IMG/VR virus record: IMGVR_UViG_3300032303_001757
Coordinates: 1 to 24,924 of that record
DNA from: a virus
Taxonomy: Duplodnaviria > Caudoviricetes
DNA length: 24,924 bases
Direction: 5' to 3' (one strand)
The position numbers and the translations under genes are program-made. Below the pieces are notes generated by a model, which saw only the letters and a program-made list of their open reading frames with translations, did no database searches and was not told the origin of the DNA. Numbering within the stretch: the stretch's first letter is position 1; the number at the start of each line of letters is the position of its first letter. Positions 8,466 through 17,093 of this stretch are shown here, piece by piece.

Positions 8466-10687
8466 GAAAGAATCTCTAAGTTGTTAACTCTAACATTTAC
8501 AGGTAGCGCGTCTCGTACTGCTGTAGCCACGTTAAGTTTGATTGTCTCTTGTAAGGTTGCACTGTCTATGTTTAAGTTATTGATATAGATATTTATATCA
8601 TTGGATTTACTCTTTAAATTAGTTTGTAAGCTGTTTATATGTGTTATTACATCTGATTTATTTCTCTGACCACATGGCAAGCTTATACTGAATCCTGCAT
8701 TTGAGTCATTATACCTTGATACCAAAAGCTCCAATTCTTCATCGTTTAGTGGTTGGGTAGTTAGAGTTAACTCAGTTATAAAATTCTGGCTAGCATATAC
8801 ATTCTGACCTTCGACGACGATATCACCAAATAGAGGGTTGTAAAATAGAGGGGGTACCAATACACCTAGTACAACAACGCCGTTTATATAACATACAACA
8901 CTGCCTGTTTTATGGTTAGCAGAAAAGACTATATTATTGGATGTTGCAGGTAATGCTGGAATGTTTACTTGTGCTATGGTATCCACTTTCTGTGTACCTA
9001 CGTTGAAAGTGGTATATTTTACGTCTATGTAAGATGAAGTATACGATATAGTTAACCCTGCATTTTTTCTATTTACTTTAGAGTATATCTTCTTAACAGT
9101 TTGATCGCTGTAACTTAAAATATTACATGCAAAGCAAAATCCATTATTATCATTTATAATTTGATAGAAGTTCTCAGTTACTGTCGGGCTACTTTTACTA
9201 GCTACGAAATCTAGATTGTTTAGATCGATTCTGTCATAAGAGTATTCTTGATTAGCTCTAAACACCATATCAGACACTTTATCAAAAAATAAATTGTCCT
9301 CCGTACTACTTTTTACTTGTGCATTGCTAGATACAAGCTCCTCGATAAACGTGTCATACGTTTCATTATATATACTATTACCTACTAGTGCTGCTTCTTT
9401 CGAGGCTATATCCGGATAGTAATATCTGTCGACCCATATCTTCTGATTTGAGAGAGGAGCACCAGATAGCCATGTGCATAGATACTCGTATCTATTCAGC
9501 GATGGAGCTGTTTCTATAAGTGTAACCTTATCAGCATATGCAGGGGTTAAAGAGCTAAATGATCCAGAGTTAATAAATGTTGTGTCATTTATATTTATCT
9601 GAGAGAAAGGAAAGAGAGATTTTTCTGTCTTAAAATAAGTTTTACCTGGAACTATATTAATAGATTTGTTGTTAAACGTATAGTTTAGTGATAAATTTTG
9701 ATCCTCTAACGCATCTATGTCTTGTGCTATAGATGTATACTCTCTATTATCCAATATATTACCTCCACTAATAGCGAGGTTATTACTCTTGTATAGCGAT
9801 CCATTATCACTCATCTGATTCTTAAGAACAATCACTTTAAAATTATTGTACTTGTCTTGTGATAGATTTCTATAAAAGAGGTAATTATTCTGTATGTTAA
9901 AAATGGACTCTCCCACATTCATATTGAGCGTATTAGGCTCATAATTGATATATGATGTATTACTCGACACTTCTTGTTTAACAGTTATATTGTTTAGTAT
10001 CGTGAGAGCGTACCCTATAATTCTACTAAAAGGATTAACTGATATACTGACTGCTGATAAGTAGTTATCCACAAGAGATAGTTGGTATGTAGTACCGGAT
10101 ATATCTTTAAGAAGTATTAGCTTATCTCCGTTTAGTATGTATTTAAAGTATATGTCGCTAGTTGTAGAGAATGATGTATCATATAGTAGCGATTGGCTGA
10201 ATATAGCTTTCTTGCTTTGATCTAGAACAAGGTAGTTTTTAGATATGTTATTTTGGTATGATATCTTACAATACGTTTCATCGTAAATCTCAATCTTGTA
10301 CAACTCGGCATTATCTTTAGTGGATGGAACAAATACAGCATTGTAGTAATGTCCGTAACTAGTTGGCGATTTAGACGATAGTTGAATTGAAGATAGGGAT
10401 AGAAAATTATCATCAATAACTCCAAATGCTAGAGGGGTTAAAAAGCTCTTAGGTGTCAACTTAAGTTCATCATCTTCTATAACGTCTTCAAGTAGAGTTT
10501 TTTGCGATAGGTAGAAGTTTGTATAGTTTTTATTCTTAATATCCACACAACCCGATAACGCTCTTACAAAGTTGAGTGTACATCCTCCGCTGAATGCGAT
10601 CTGAGATTGCGCTAGTTCTACATCTGGTAGGTCAATATTCACCCTGTCAGATTGGAATGAAGAGAGGCTGTAGAATGTTATAGGCAT
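8462..10687 (-). CDS. Putative baseplate/tail protein with C-terminal LamG/ConA-like domain (741 aa)
   Basis: NIVFSANHKTGSVVCYINGVVV resembles the LamG-like 'G..xlYiNG' strand pattern; tail-module context. Confidence 0.65.
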   Translation of the reverse strand: MPITFYSLSSFQSDRVNIDLPDVELAQSQIAFSGGCTLNFVRALSGCVDIKNKNYTNFYLSQKTLLEDVIEDDELKLTPKSFLTPLAFGVIDDNFLSLSSIQLSSKSPTSYGHYYNAVFVPSTKDNAELYKIEIYDETYCKISYQNNISKNYLVLDQSKKAIFSQSLLYDTSFSTTSDIYFKYILNGDKLILLKDISGTTYQLSLVDNYLSAVSISVNPFSRIIGYALTILNNITVKQEVSSNTSYINYEPNTLNMNVGESIFNIQNNYLFYRNLSQDKYNNFKVIVLKNQMSDNGSLYKSNNLAISGGNILDNREYTSIAQDIDALEDQNLSLNYTFNNKSINIVPGKTYFKTEKSLFPFSQININDTTFINSGSFSSLTPAYADKVTLIETAPSLNRYEYLCTWLSGAPLSNQKIWVDRYYYPDIASKEAALVGNSIYNETYDTFIEELVSSNAQVKSSTEDNLFFDKVSDMVFRANQEYSYDRIDLNNLDFVASKSSPTVTENFYQIINDNNGFCFACNILSYSDQTVKKIYSKVNRKNAGLTISYTSSYIDVKYTTFNVGTQKVDTIAQVNIPALPATSNNIVFSANHKTGSVVCYINGVVVLGVLVPPLFYNPLFGDIVVEGQNVYASQNFITELTLTTQPLNDEELELLVSRYNDSNAGFSISLPCGQRNKSDVITHINSLQTNLKSKSNDINIYINNLNIDSATLQETIKLNVATAVRDALPVNVRVNNLEILS

Positions 10688-10696
10688 ACAATATAT

Positions 10697-11212
10697 TTAG
10701 GTAGCTGTATTAGAATATACACTCTCTATAACACTACCATCTTTTGAAGCCATAAATGTATATAGAACACTACTATAATTATCAATGAATGCCGTTTGCA
10801 ATAGAGTTATATCTTCAACTTTATAGTGAAAAGAAGGTGTATATATTGTTATTGGTTGAACAAACACGCAGCTTGTACTATCATAGTAAGTAAGCTTCAC
10901 CTGACATGATAACTTTGTAGTGAGAGCCTCTATTGATGGGGAATATGTATGCTTATAGTCCTTTATAAGTGTTATTGGAGACCCATATATCGATTGAGTA
11001 ATCGTATTAGGTTCAGTCGTGAAGAAGTCGTTTGACTCTGTATATATTGACGAAAGATCACCCCAGTCAAATTTAATACTCAGTGGAGGTTTATGAAAAC
11101 TGACATCATCCACGTTAAACGATACATCCGTCACATCTGTGAAATATATCTCATCTTCTACGATATAAGTAGAAGAAGGAGCTGATGATAAATATACTGT
11201 TAGCGTGTTCAT
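10697..11212 (-). CDS. Small structural protein with PKD/Ig-like motif (171 aa)
   Basis: IKFDWGD ... YKHTY motif; ATGA overlap with the upstream gene. Confidence 0.65.
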   Translation of the reverse strand: MNTLTVYLSSAPSSTYIVEDEIYFTDVTDVSFNVDDVSFHKPPLSIKFDWGDLSSIYTESNDFFTTEPNTITQSIYGSPITLIKDYKHTYSPSIEALTTKLSCQVKLTYYDSTSCVFVQPITIYTPSFHYKVEDITLLQTAFIDNYSSVLYTFMASKDGSVIESVYSNTAT

Positions 11213-14200
11213 AATATTGCGCCTGTTGAGCTAATTGGTGGAGTTGAAGACTGAGCGAGTGTAGTAAATGATGCAGAGACAGCTGACAGTGTACTAAATA
11301 CAACTGTGTCATTATCAGATGTAAATTTAAACCCACTCACACCTTTTATGTATGCTATATCATTTATATCAAAGCGTACACTTACAACCGTTGGAGTTTT
11401 ATTCTGATCCTTTAAGATATATGAAAGGTTAAACTCATCTATATCCTCGTTATATGTTAGTTTCGGAGATGCTACTTCGGTATATAGAATGCTAGAGTCT
11501 ATTGCAAACGCACTTAAAATTGAGTTACTATATGGCAACATATTGATTAGCTCAAATTTAGATAGATCGAATCTATATATTGTAGGTATTACCGTAGGGT
11601 TAATTGCAGACAGGCTATTATTACCAGATAGCACAGCAAAGTATACATTATTCTTATGTTTAAATCTATTTGATATGCGGTTGTAGTTATCTACATTGTA
11701 TTGTATTGTGAGATTCGGTGTTCTCGGAGGTGTAAATCCATCATTATAGTCTATTCTATCCATTACTAGATATGATGGAGTTTGAATAAAGTAGGTATTG
11801 TATACTATGTCGAAGTTTTGAACTGCTGATAGTTCTGCAAAGACTGCTGATCCGTATTTAACTTCAGCGAATCCTAACAATTCTGTGAAAGGCTTAGTCT
11901 CATTATTTTGAGTTTTAATGTATATTGAACCTTGAAGCGCGTCTCTGTTAATCTTCGTATCTATAAACTCATTACCTGTAACATATTGAGTGGAGGATTG
12001 TGGGTTAGTAGATGATAGATATAACGAATTTGTAGAGATATAATTGAATGAAGGGTAATTTGCATCAAATACCCCTGCATCTATATCAACAACACCATTA
12101 TTACCGGATACAACTACTGCTTGTGTAAAGTTTGCTGTTATACTTTGTGTAAATGCGTTTGTTTGATCTCTTAACGGTCTTATATACGGGATTGCTTGAT
12201 GTGCACCTGCTTCTATTAACGACGTATAGTAAAAACTACCACTACCAGGATATTGATTTGATGATAGGTCCGAACTTACAGTATCTATTACCGATAATGT
12301 ATCGCTAAAAGCAAACACTCCACCATCAATATATTTTATTGTTATTGGATTTTTGTATGTAGTTACTACATCTATAGGTGTTGGGTTCGCTGGAAATTCA
12401 GGTTGTGCAAATGTGCCAAATTTAAGCTTGTATTGATATCCCACACTCGTTAATGATCCTGTACGAGTTGATATCCCAGGAACATAAGTATTAACTTCAG
12501 GATAATCTCTCGACGTATAATAGTTAAATGAATATCCACCTCCAAAGTAGCTATCAAAGAACTTATACCCATTGAATACGATAACCTCTTGCTCTTCTGC
12601 TGGTGGTACCTGAATGTATTTTCTGAAGTTGCTATTATCCTTTATTAGACCGTATTGATTTCCAAACACGTCATACTTAATATCGTGAATGTATCCCTCG
12701 TCGTATAGTGAACTTAAATCATCGTATTCATTATGCGAAGGTATTGAGGTGTATCCATAAAACGTGGTAGAGTACTCTGTTGTATTCGGTTCATTTCTTG
12801 CTAAGCCAAATGAATAACCTTTCTTGAAAGAAGCCTTTTCACTATTAAATGTCAGGGCAACAGAGTCACTTCCATATTTGTAAGGGTCAGGAACGTAGTA
12901 TATGGTGTCTGTATTAACCTCGTCTAAGTTAACAACGAAAGAAAATCTACCTCCATCTATAACAATAGTTGAACTCTTAGACGGTCTAAAGAAGCCAACA
13001 TCTCTTTTTGTTTCAAGTCCTAAAGTGGGAGACGAAACTGTAGATGGATTATTTCTATTTATGAAGTTTTTAACAGGGTTGATCGCGCTAAACACCTTAT
13101 CGAATATATACGATCTAGAAGCATATGTAGTGGTATCACTTTGAGCCCCACCATCTACATCAAGTATAGGAGTTTCAATAGATATTACTTCTATACCATC
13201 TGCAACAGTTGTTGTCTCCACTGTAGGTCCTAAGACAGGAGGTGAGTTTGTATTTATTATATTAGCCTCGTCAATAAACAACGAAGTATCAAGGTCTACT
13301 ATATTAAGAGTATAATCAAAAGTATCTATATACTTTAAATTGAATACATTATTTAAAGAATATACAGCTGGTATCCCGTATAGATCTGCACTGATACTAA
13401 AATCAATATATGGGAGAGCTACATCCTTGAGTGTGAGGTATCCAAAATGCTTTGTTGTCTGTTTATCTTGAACTATTTTAGTATTGTTAATCGTCCATAC
13501 GATTTTTTCAAATGCAAAAATTTGATTTGATAGTCCTATATCCAATCTAATAACAATATCTGCGACTGCAGTCCCTTGCTTGTATATTGGCTGGACAGAT
13601 ATATTATTAAATTTTCTGAACCCATTCGTTCCAATAACTGGCACAACATAGTAATCTCCATCTAAAATTCCAATTAAACTATCTCTACCATATTCTACAA
13701 AACGCTTAGCTCTATATTGCTTTGAATAGAATCTACCACCATCCTTATAAACAAATATGGCATTAGGGAGGATCTTATTAAAATTGGTGGATTCGTATCT
13801 GTGCACCAATGTCAGTGATTGTGCTATACTAGATAAAGTTGGGGTGTATGTAGCTGCAATAACATCAAATTTCCCGTCACCAAAATCCATAATAACATAC
13901 TGCAGATCTTTTTGTATGTTGATTGTAAATGTTGAATCTGTTAGCACGTTTGGAGTTAGCCATGGCTGTATAGTAAATCCTATATCGTTTGAAGTCTCCC
14001 CCTTTGCAGCTATTGAGGGTATTATATTAAATCTCTGTGCAAGAATAACTTCATTACCTGTAACGGTAAATTTTTTCTTATTATTATTTCTTGTAAAGTA
14101 TATTGTAGCTGTAGGGGTATACGATACTCCAGAAGGTATAATAGGATAGCTATAATATTGAGTTACAAACTCTGAAAATACAACTCCACCTCTAAAGTCT

Positions 14201-14847
14201 ACGACTTTAGAGGTACCATCACCAAAGTCCCACTCAACATAATCTACATCAGTTCGACCAGCTACATTTAGTAAGAATAGGGTAGCATCTATCGGTATAG
14301 AAGATACTGTTTGGGTAACACTTGACAGTAAAGGTGCTCCACTGAACCCATTACCTAGATCTATATAGATATCATCCACACTATCTGTGATAGCGTATTG
14401 GGATGTTGTTACCTCCCATTCAGGGGGAATTGTATCTATAGGTTTAGATTCTACAGAAAGTGTTACCGGTGTACCTCTATACCCTAGACCTTTATCTGTA
14501 ACTAAAGTAACATTAAACTGATAATTTCCGTCAGCTTCGTATGTATAGTCACCTGTAAATTTAGGAACAGTAGAGCTTACAGTCTCATCAAATGAGGGAT
14601 ACCAAACTGGAAAGAACTCATCATATACACCTAAGGCAGTAACATTTCCTCTATAGTTTGCGCTGATATCGCTAAAATACGTGGAAATTGTAGTGCCATC
14701 TCCACGATCAATAATAGCATATTCTATATTATTATTTGAAGGGAAAAGGTACCCTGTAAAAAACTTTATTGATCTCGAAGATGGTACATTATACACGGAG
14801 CATAATGGATAATCTACATTTATAATGTTGTTTACTGGTTGAGGCAT
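11209..14847 (-). CDS. Large virion protein (1212 aa): N-terminal PKD-like repeats, C-terminal baseplate/tail-like region
   Basis: Three PKD-like motifs (IIDRGDGT, VEWDFGDGTS, IMDFGDGK) in the N-terminal half; ATAAATA 7 nt upstream of the ATG. Confidence 0.75.
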   Translation of the reverse strand: MPQPVNNIINVDYPLCSVYNVPSSRSIKFFTGYLFPSNNNIEYAIIDRGDGTTISTYFSDISANYRGNVTALGVYDEFFPVWYPSFDETVSSTVPKFTGDYTYEADGNYQFNVTLVTDKGLGYRGTPVTLSVESKPIDTIPPEWEVTTSQYAITDSVDDIYIDLGNGFSGAPLLSSVTQTVSSIPIDATLFLLNVAGRTDVDYVEWDFGDGTSKVVDFRGGVVFSEFVTQYYSYPIIPSGVSYTPTATIYFTRNNNKKKFTVTGNEVILAQRFNIIPSIAAKGETSNDIGFTIQPWLTPNVLTDSTFTINIQKDLQYVIMDFGDGKFDVIAATYTPTLSSIAQSLTLVHRYESTNFNKILPNAIFVYKDGGRFYSKQYRAKRFVEYGRDSLIGILDGDYYVVPVIGTNGFRKFNNISVQPIYKQGTAVADIVIRLDIGLSNQIFAFEKIVWTINNTKIVQDKQTTKHFGYLTLKDVALPYIDFSISADLYGIPAVYSLNNVFNLKYIDTFDYTLNIVDLDTSLFIDEANIINTNSPPVLGPTVETTTVADGIEVISIETPILDVDGGAQSDTTTYASRSYIFDKVFSAINPVKNFINRNNPSTVSSPTLGLETKRDVGFFRPSKSSTIVIDGGRFSFVVNLDEVNTDTIYYVPDPYKYGSDSVALTFNSEKASFKKGYSFGLARNEPNTTEYSTTFYGYTSIPSHNEYDDLSSLYDEGYIHDIKYDVFGNQYGLIKDNSNFRKYIQVPPAEEQEVIVFNGYKFFDSYFGGGYSFNYYTSRDYPEVNTYVPGISTRTGSLTSVGYQYKLKFGTFAQPEFPANPTPIDVVTTYKNPITIKYIDGGVFAFSDTLSVIDTVSSDLSSNQYPGSGSFYYTSLIEAGAHQAIPYIRPLRDQTNAFTQSITANFTQAVVVSGNNGVVDIDAGVFDANYPSFNYISTNSLYLSSTNPQSSTQYVTGNEFIDTKINRDALQGSIYIKTQNNETKPFTELLGFAEVKYGSAVFAELSAVQNFDIVYNTYFIQTPSYLVMDRIDYNDGFTPPRTPNLTIQYNVDNYNRISNRFKHKNNVYFAVLSGNNSLSAINPTVIPTIYRFDLSKFELINMLPYSNSILSAFAIDSSILYTEVASPKLTYNEDIDEFNLSYILKDQNKTPTVVSVRFDINDIAYIKGVSGFKFTSDNDTVVFSTLSAVSASFTTLAQSSTPPISSTGAIL

Positions 14848-14870
14848 TATTACTTATTTATGTCTCAACC

Positions 14871-14886
14871 TTGATTGATCAATCAA
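14871..14886. repeat. Perfect 16-bp palindrome TTGATTGATCAATCAA
   Basis: Self-reverse-complementary; intergenic, 10 nt from the TAAATA motif at 14855-14860. Confidence 0.85.
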
Positions 14887-14900
14887 ATAGATAGGAACTG

Positions 14901-17084
14901 TTACGACAACGGTGGTGTAGTTGTATTATTGGTTGAGGGTATGTAATTCACGGCACTCTTCTCTTTTGCTTGTTCATATAGTAGTATAAGCTGTTTACCA
15001 TATGTGTTAGGCACATTGCTGGTTGGTGTTGGTATGAACTTTCCTTTCTTGCCACCGAAATCTGTGTTTGGTGGACAATAAGGACAATCACTTAAACTCG
15101 GTGTTGTTGTACTCTCGGTCGGCTTAACTGGTGGAGAAGACAGTGAAGTTGTAGAAGTATCATCACAATCAGGGCATGGATTTTGCCCCGAAAGAGATGG
15201 GGTCCCTGATAGAGATGGAGTTCCTGATAGAGATGGGGTCCCTGATAGAGGAGTTGCAGCCGTGCTTGGAACGTCGCAGCATGGCTCGGAAGGCATTCCA
15301 CCTAGTAAAATAGGAATCTCGAGAGGGCACTTATGTACATCACCATCCTTTCTATTAAATGTAATGGTTACAATATGTTTAAGAGTTTCGCCACTATCAA
15401 CCATTTCTTTATATTTCTTACATGGAATTTTGAGCACTATTTCTAGATCATTTGGTCTATTCGGATCTCTTGGTCTTTGAACTGATCGCCCGTTTACTCT
15501 GTCTCCAATCCGAGATTGAGCTAACCCCCTAGGTGGCCCATCGTTGTTCGCTCCCTCTCTTGCCATGGAGAATATTATAGGATTTTCAAAAGAGGTGCAA
15601 TCAAACCCTATAAAAATTCGTATGGTAAATTTAATTACTACCTCTTTTATACACCCCCGACGAGATTCCATTGGTGGTCTGTCATTGAGGCCGAATGGCT
15701 CGATAGTATCATATGTTATTAGTGGTTTCTCTATGAACTCGTATGTGACATCATCACAGTCACATACAGGGCCCTCTCTAGGATCCTTTTTACTCGGTCC
15801 ACCACCACCGCCGCTACCTCCGCCTCCGCCGCTGCTAGCTGGCGTTGTTGGCGTCATCATAAAACAATTCCTCCGACAATCTTCCATTGTTAGGTAGTAT
15901 CCTGGGTTACTAGGTTTCGCTTTAGAGCAAAGACCGACACTGTTGCAGTAGTATACAAATTCAGGTAGGTTACCGCTAGGCTCTTCACAATCGAGCTTAG
16001 TTGTGCATATTCCTCCTATATTAATTGCGGATATATTATAACTACTAACACTAAACCCACATGATGTATATGGTTGGTTAGCTGTTAAAGTTACAAGGGT
16101 TGTATTTATTTCTCCACACTTTGTAAATGTAAATCTCAACGGACCTTTTGCTGTTATGCACTTACACTCTGGCGGAGGTGTAACCTCAATCAGTCGATTT
16201 ATAATCTGTTGCTTGTTGTAGGTAATTTTAAAGGAGGAGTTAACTATAACATCTGGTGTATCGAGCTCTACATCAGTAGCTGAGAGGTAGAAGTAATCAG
16301 CCCCCATATACTTTCTAGTTAAGTCTTTCTTATTTTCAAAAATAGCTTCAACCTCGTTTGCATCTCTAAATTTTTGAGAAGCACCACCAAATATTTGAGT
16401 TGTGAGCTCTTGATTAGTTTTAAGGAAGATATCTAATCCATAATCTCTATCCTTCGCATCGTATATAAGAGTATCAGGAGTTCTGTTTAGAGAGTCTGCT
16501 GTGTTTTGATATAGCTCATCAACGTACACATCAAGAGTTTTAGCTGTATCTGTTATAGAAGAATATTGAGTGTTATCTAAGTTATTGCTCAATACATCTA
16601 ATATTTTCTCTTTAATTGTAGCTATTAATCCCCTTTGCGATCCTGCTAGCTTGTGCTTAACGGATTCAAGTTTAATGCTTTCTCTTTTTTTGCTATAGTA
16701 TAGAGCAATCTCTTTAATTTTTTTACCTATAAAGGATAGAGCTACATCAAGGTCATATGGATCGGTGTAGTCAATTTGAGAGAAGAATTTATTTTCAGCT
16801 TCACTGCTAAAATTGAGAGATATATCACGAATAAAGCTTGTATATGCATCAACTATTAGCTGATTTGTATCTGCTGTACTTGATGAAGCCTTTTTGTTCC
16901 ATTCAGCTATATAATAGTTATAGTAACTTGTAATGTTGCTAGTATCTACAAAATCTCCAACCCTACGAATAAACTCGAGAAGGGAAAATGGATTAGATCT
17001 ATCTTCTGCAGATCTAGTATTTACAGTCTTATTAGTTATAGAAAACGGAACTGGTGGGTACCCTATATCAAAACGTCTATCCAT
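14901..17084 (-). CDS. Baseplate-region protein (727 aa): helical Cys-free N-terminal part plus Cys-rich/low-complexity C-terminal extension
   Basis: No Cys in the first ~300 aa and 22 Cys afterwards; contains a G5-S-G5 linker and TPSLSG repeats; late motif 6 nt upstream. Confidence 0.75.
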   Translation of the reverse strand: MDRRFDIGYPPVPFSITNKTVNTRSAEDRSNPFSLLEFIRRVGDFVDTSNITSYYNYYIAEWNKKASSSTADTNQLIVDAYTSFIRDISLNFSSEAENKFFSQIDYTDPYDLDVALSFIGKKIKEIALYYSKKRESIKLESVKHKLAGSQRGLIATIKEKILDVLSNNLDNTQYSSITDTAKTLDVYVDELYQNTADSLNRTPDTLIYDAKDRDYGLDIFLKTNQELTTQIFGGASQKFRDANEVEAIFENKKDLTRKYMGADYFYLSATDVELDTPDVIVNSSFKITYNKQQIINRLIEVTPPPECKCITAKGPLRFTFTKCGEINTTLVTLTANQPYTSCGFSVSSYNISAINIGGICTTKLDCEEPSGNLPEFVYYCNSVGLCSKAKPSNPGYYLTMEDCRRNCFMMTPTTPASSGGGGGSGGGGGPSKKDPREGPVCDCDDVTYEFIEKPLITYDTIEPFGLNDRPPMESRRGCIKEVVIKFTIRIFIGFDCTSFENPIIFSMAREGANNDGPPRGLAQSRIGDRVNGRSVQRPRDPNRPNDLEIVLKIPCKKYKEMVDSGETLKHIVTITFNRKDGDVHKCPLEIPILLGGMPSEPCCDVPSTAATPLSGTPSLSGTPSLSGTPSLSGQNPCPDCDDTSTTSLSSPPVKPTESTTTPSLSDCPYCPPNTDFGGKKGKFIPTPTSNVPNTYGKQLILLYEQAKEKSAVNYIPSTNNTTTPPLS
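15186..15254 (-). repeat. In-frame 18-bp tandem repeat encoding TPLSG-(TPSLSG)x3
   Basis: Minus strand ACYCCATCTCTATCAGGR-like units, three copies plus one 15-bp variant. Confidence 0.9.
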
Positions 17085-17093
17085 TTACGTTAT

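Noticed and set aside
15186-15254. CRISPR-like array
   Set aside because: The units are contiguous in-frame 18-bp coding repeats with no spacers.
15798-15836. SSGGGGGSGGGGG as a synthetic GS linker or contamination
   Set aside because: Codon usage is mixed, the context is natural low-complexity sequence, and no vector or tag sequence is nearby.
13154-16275. 9-bp direct repeat as proof of a target-site duplication or mobile element
   Set aside because: The same word recurs at 14243 with an even longer match, and no transposase, integrase or terminal repeats are present; kept only as a caveated hint.
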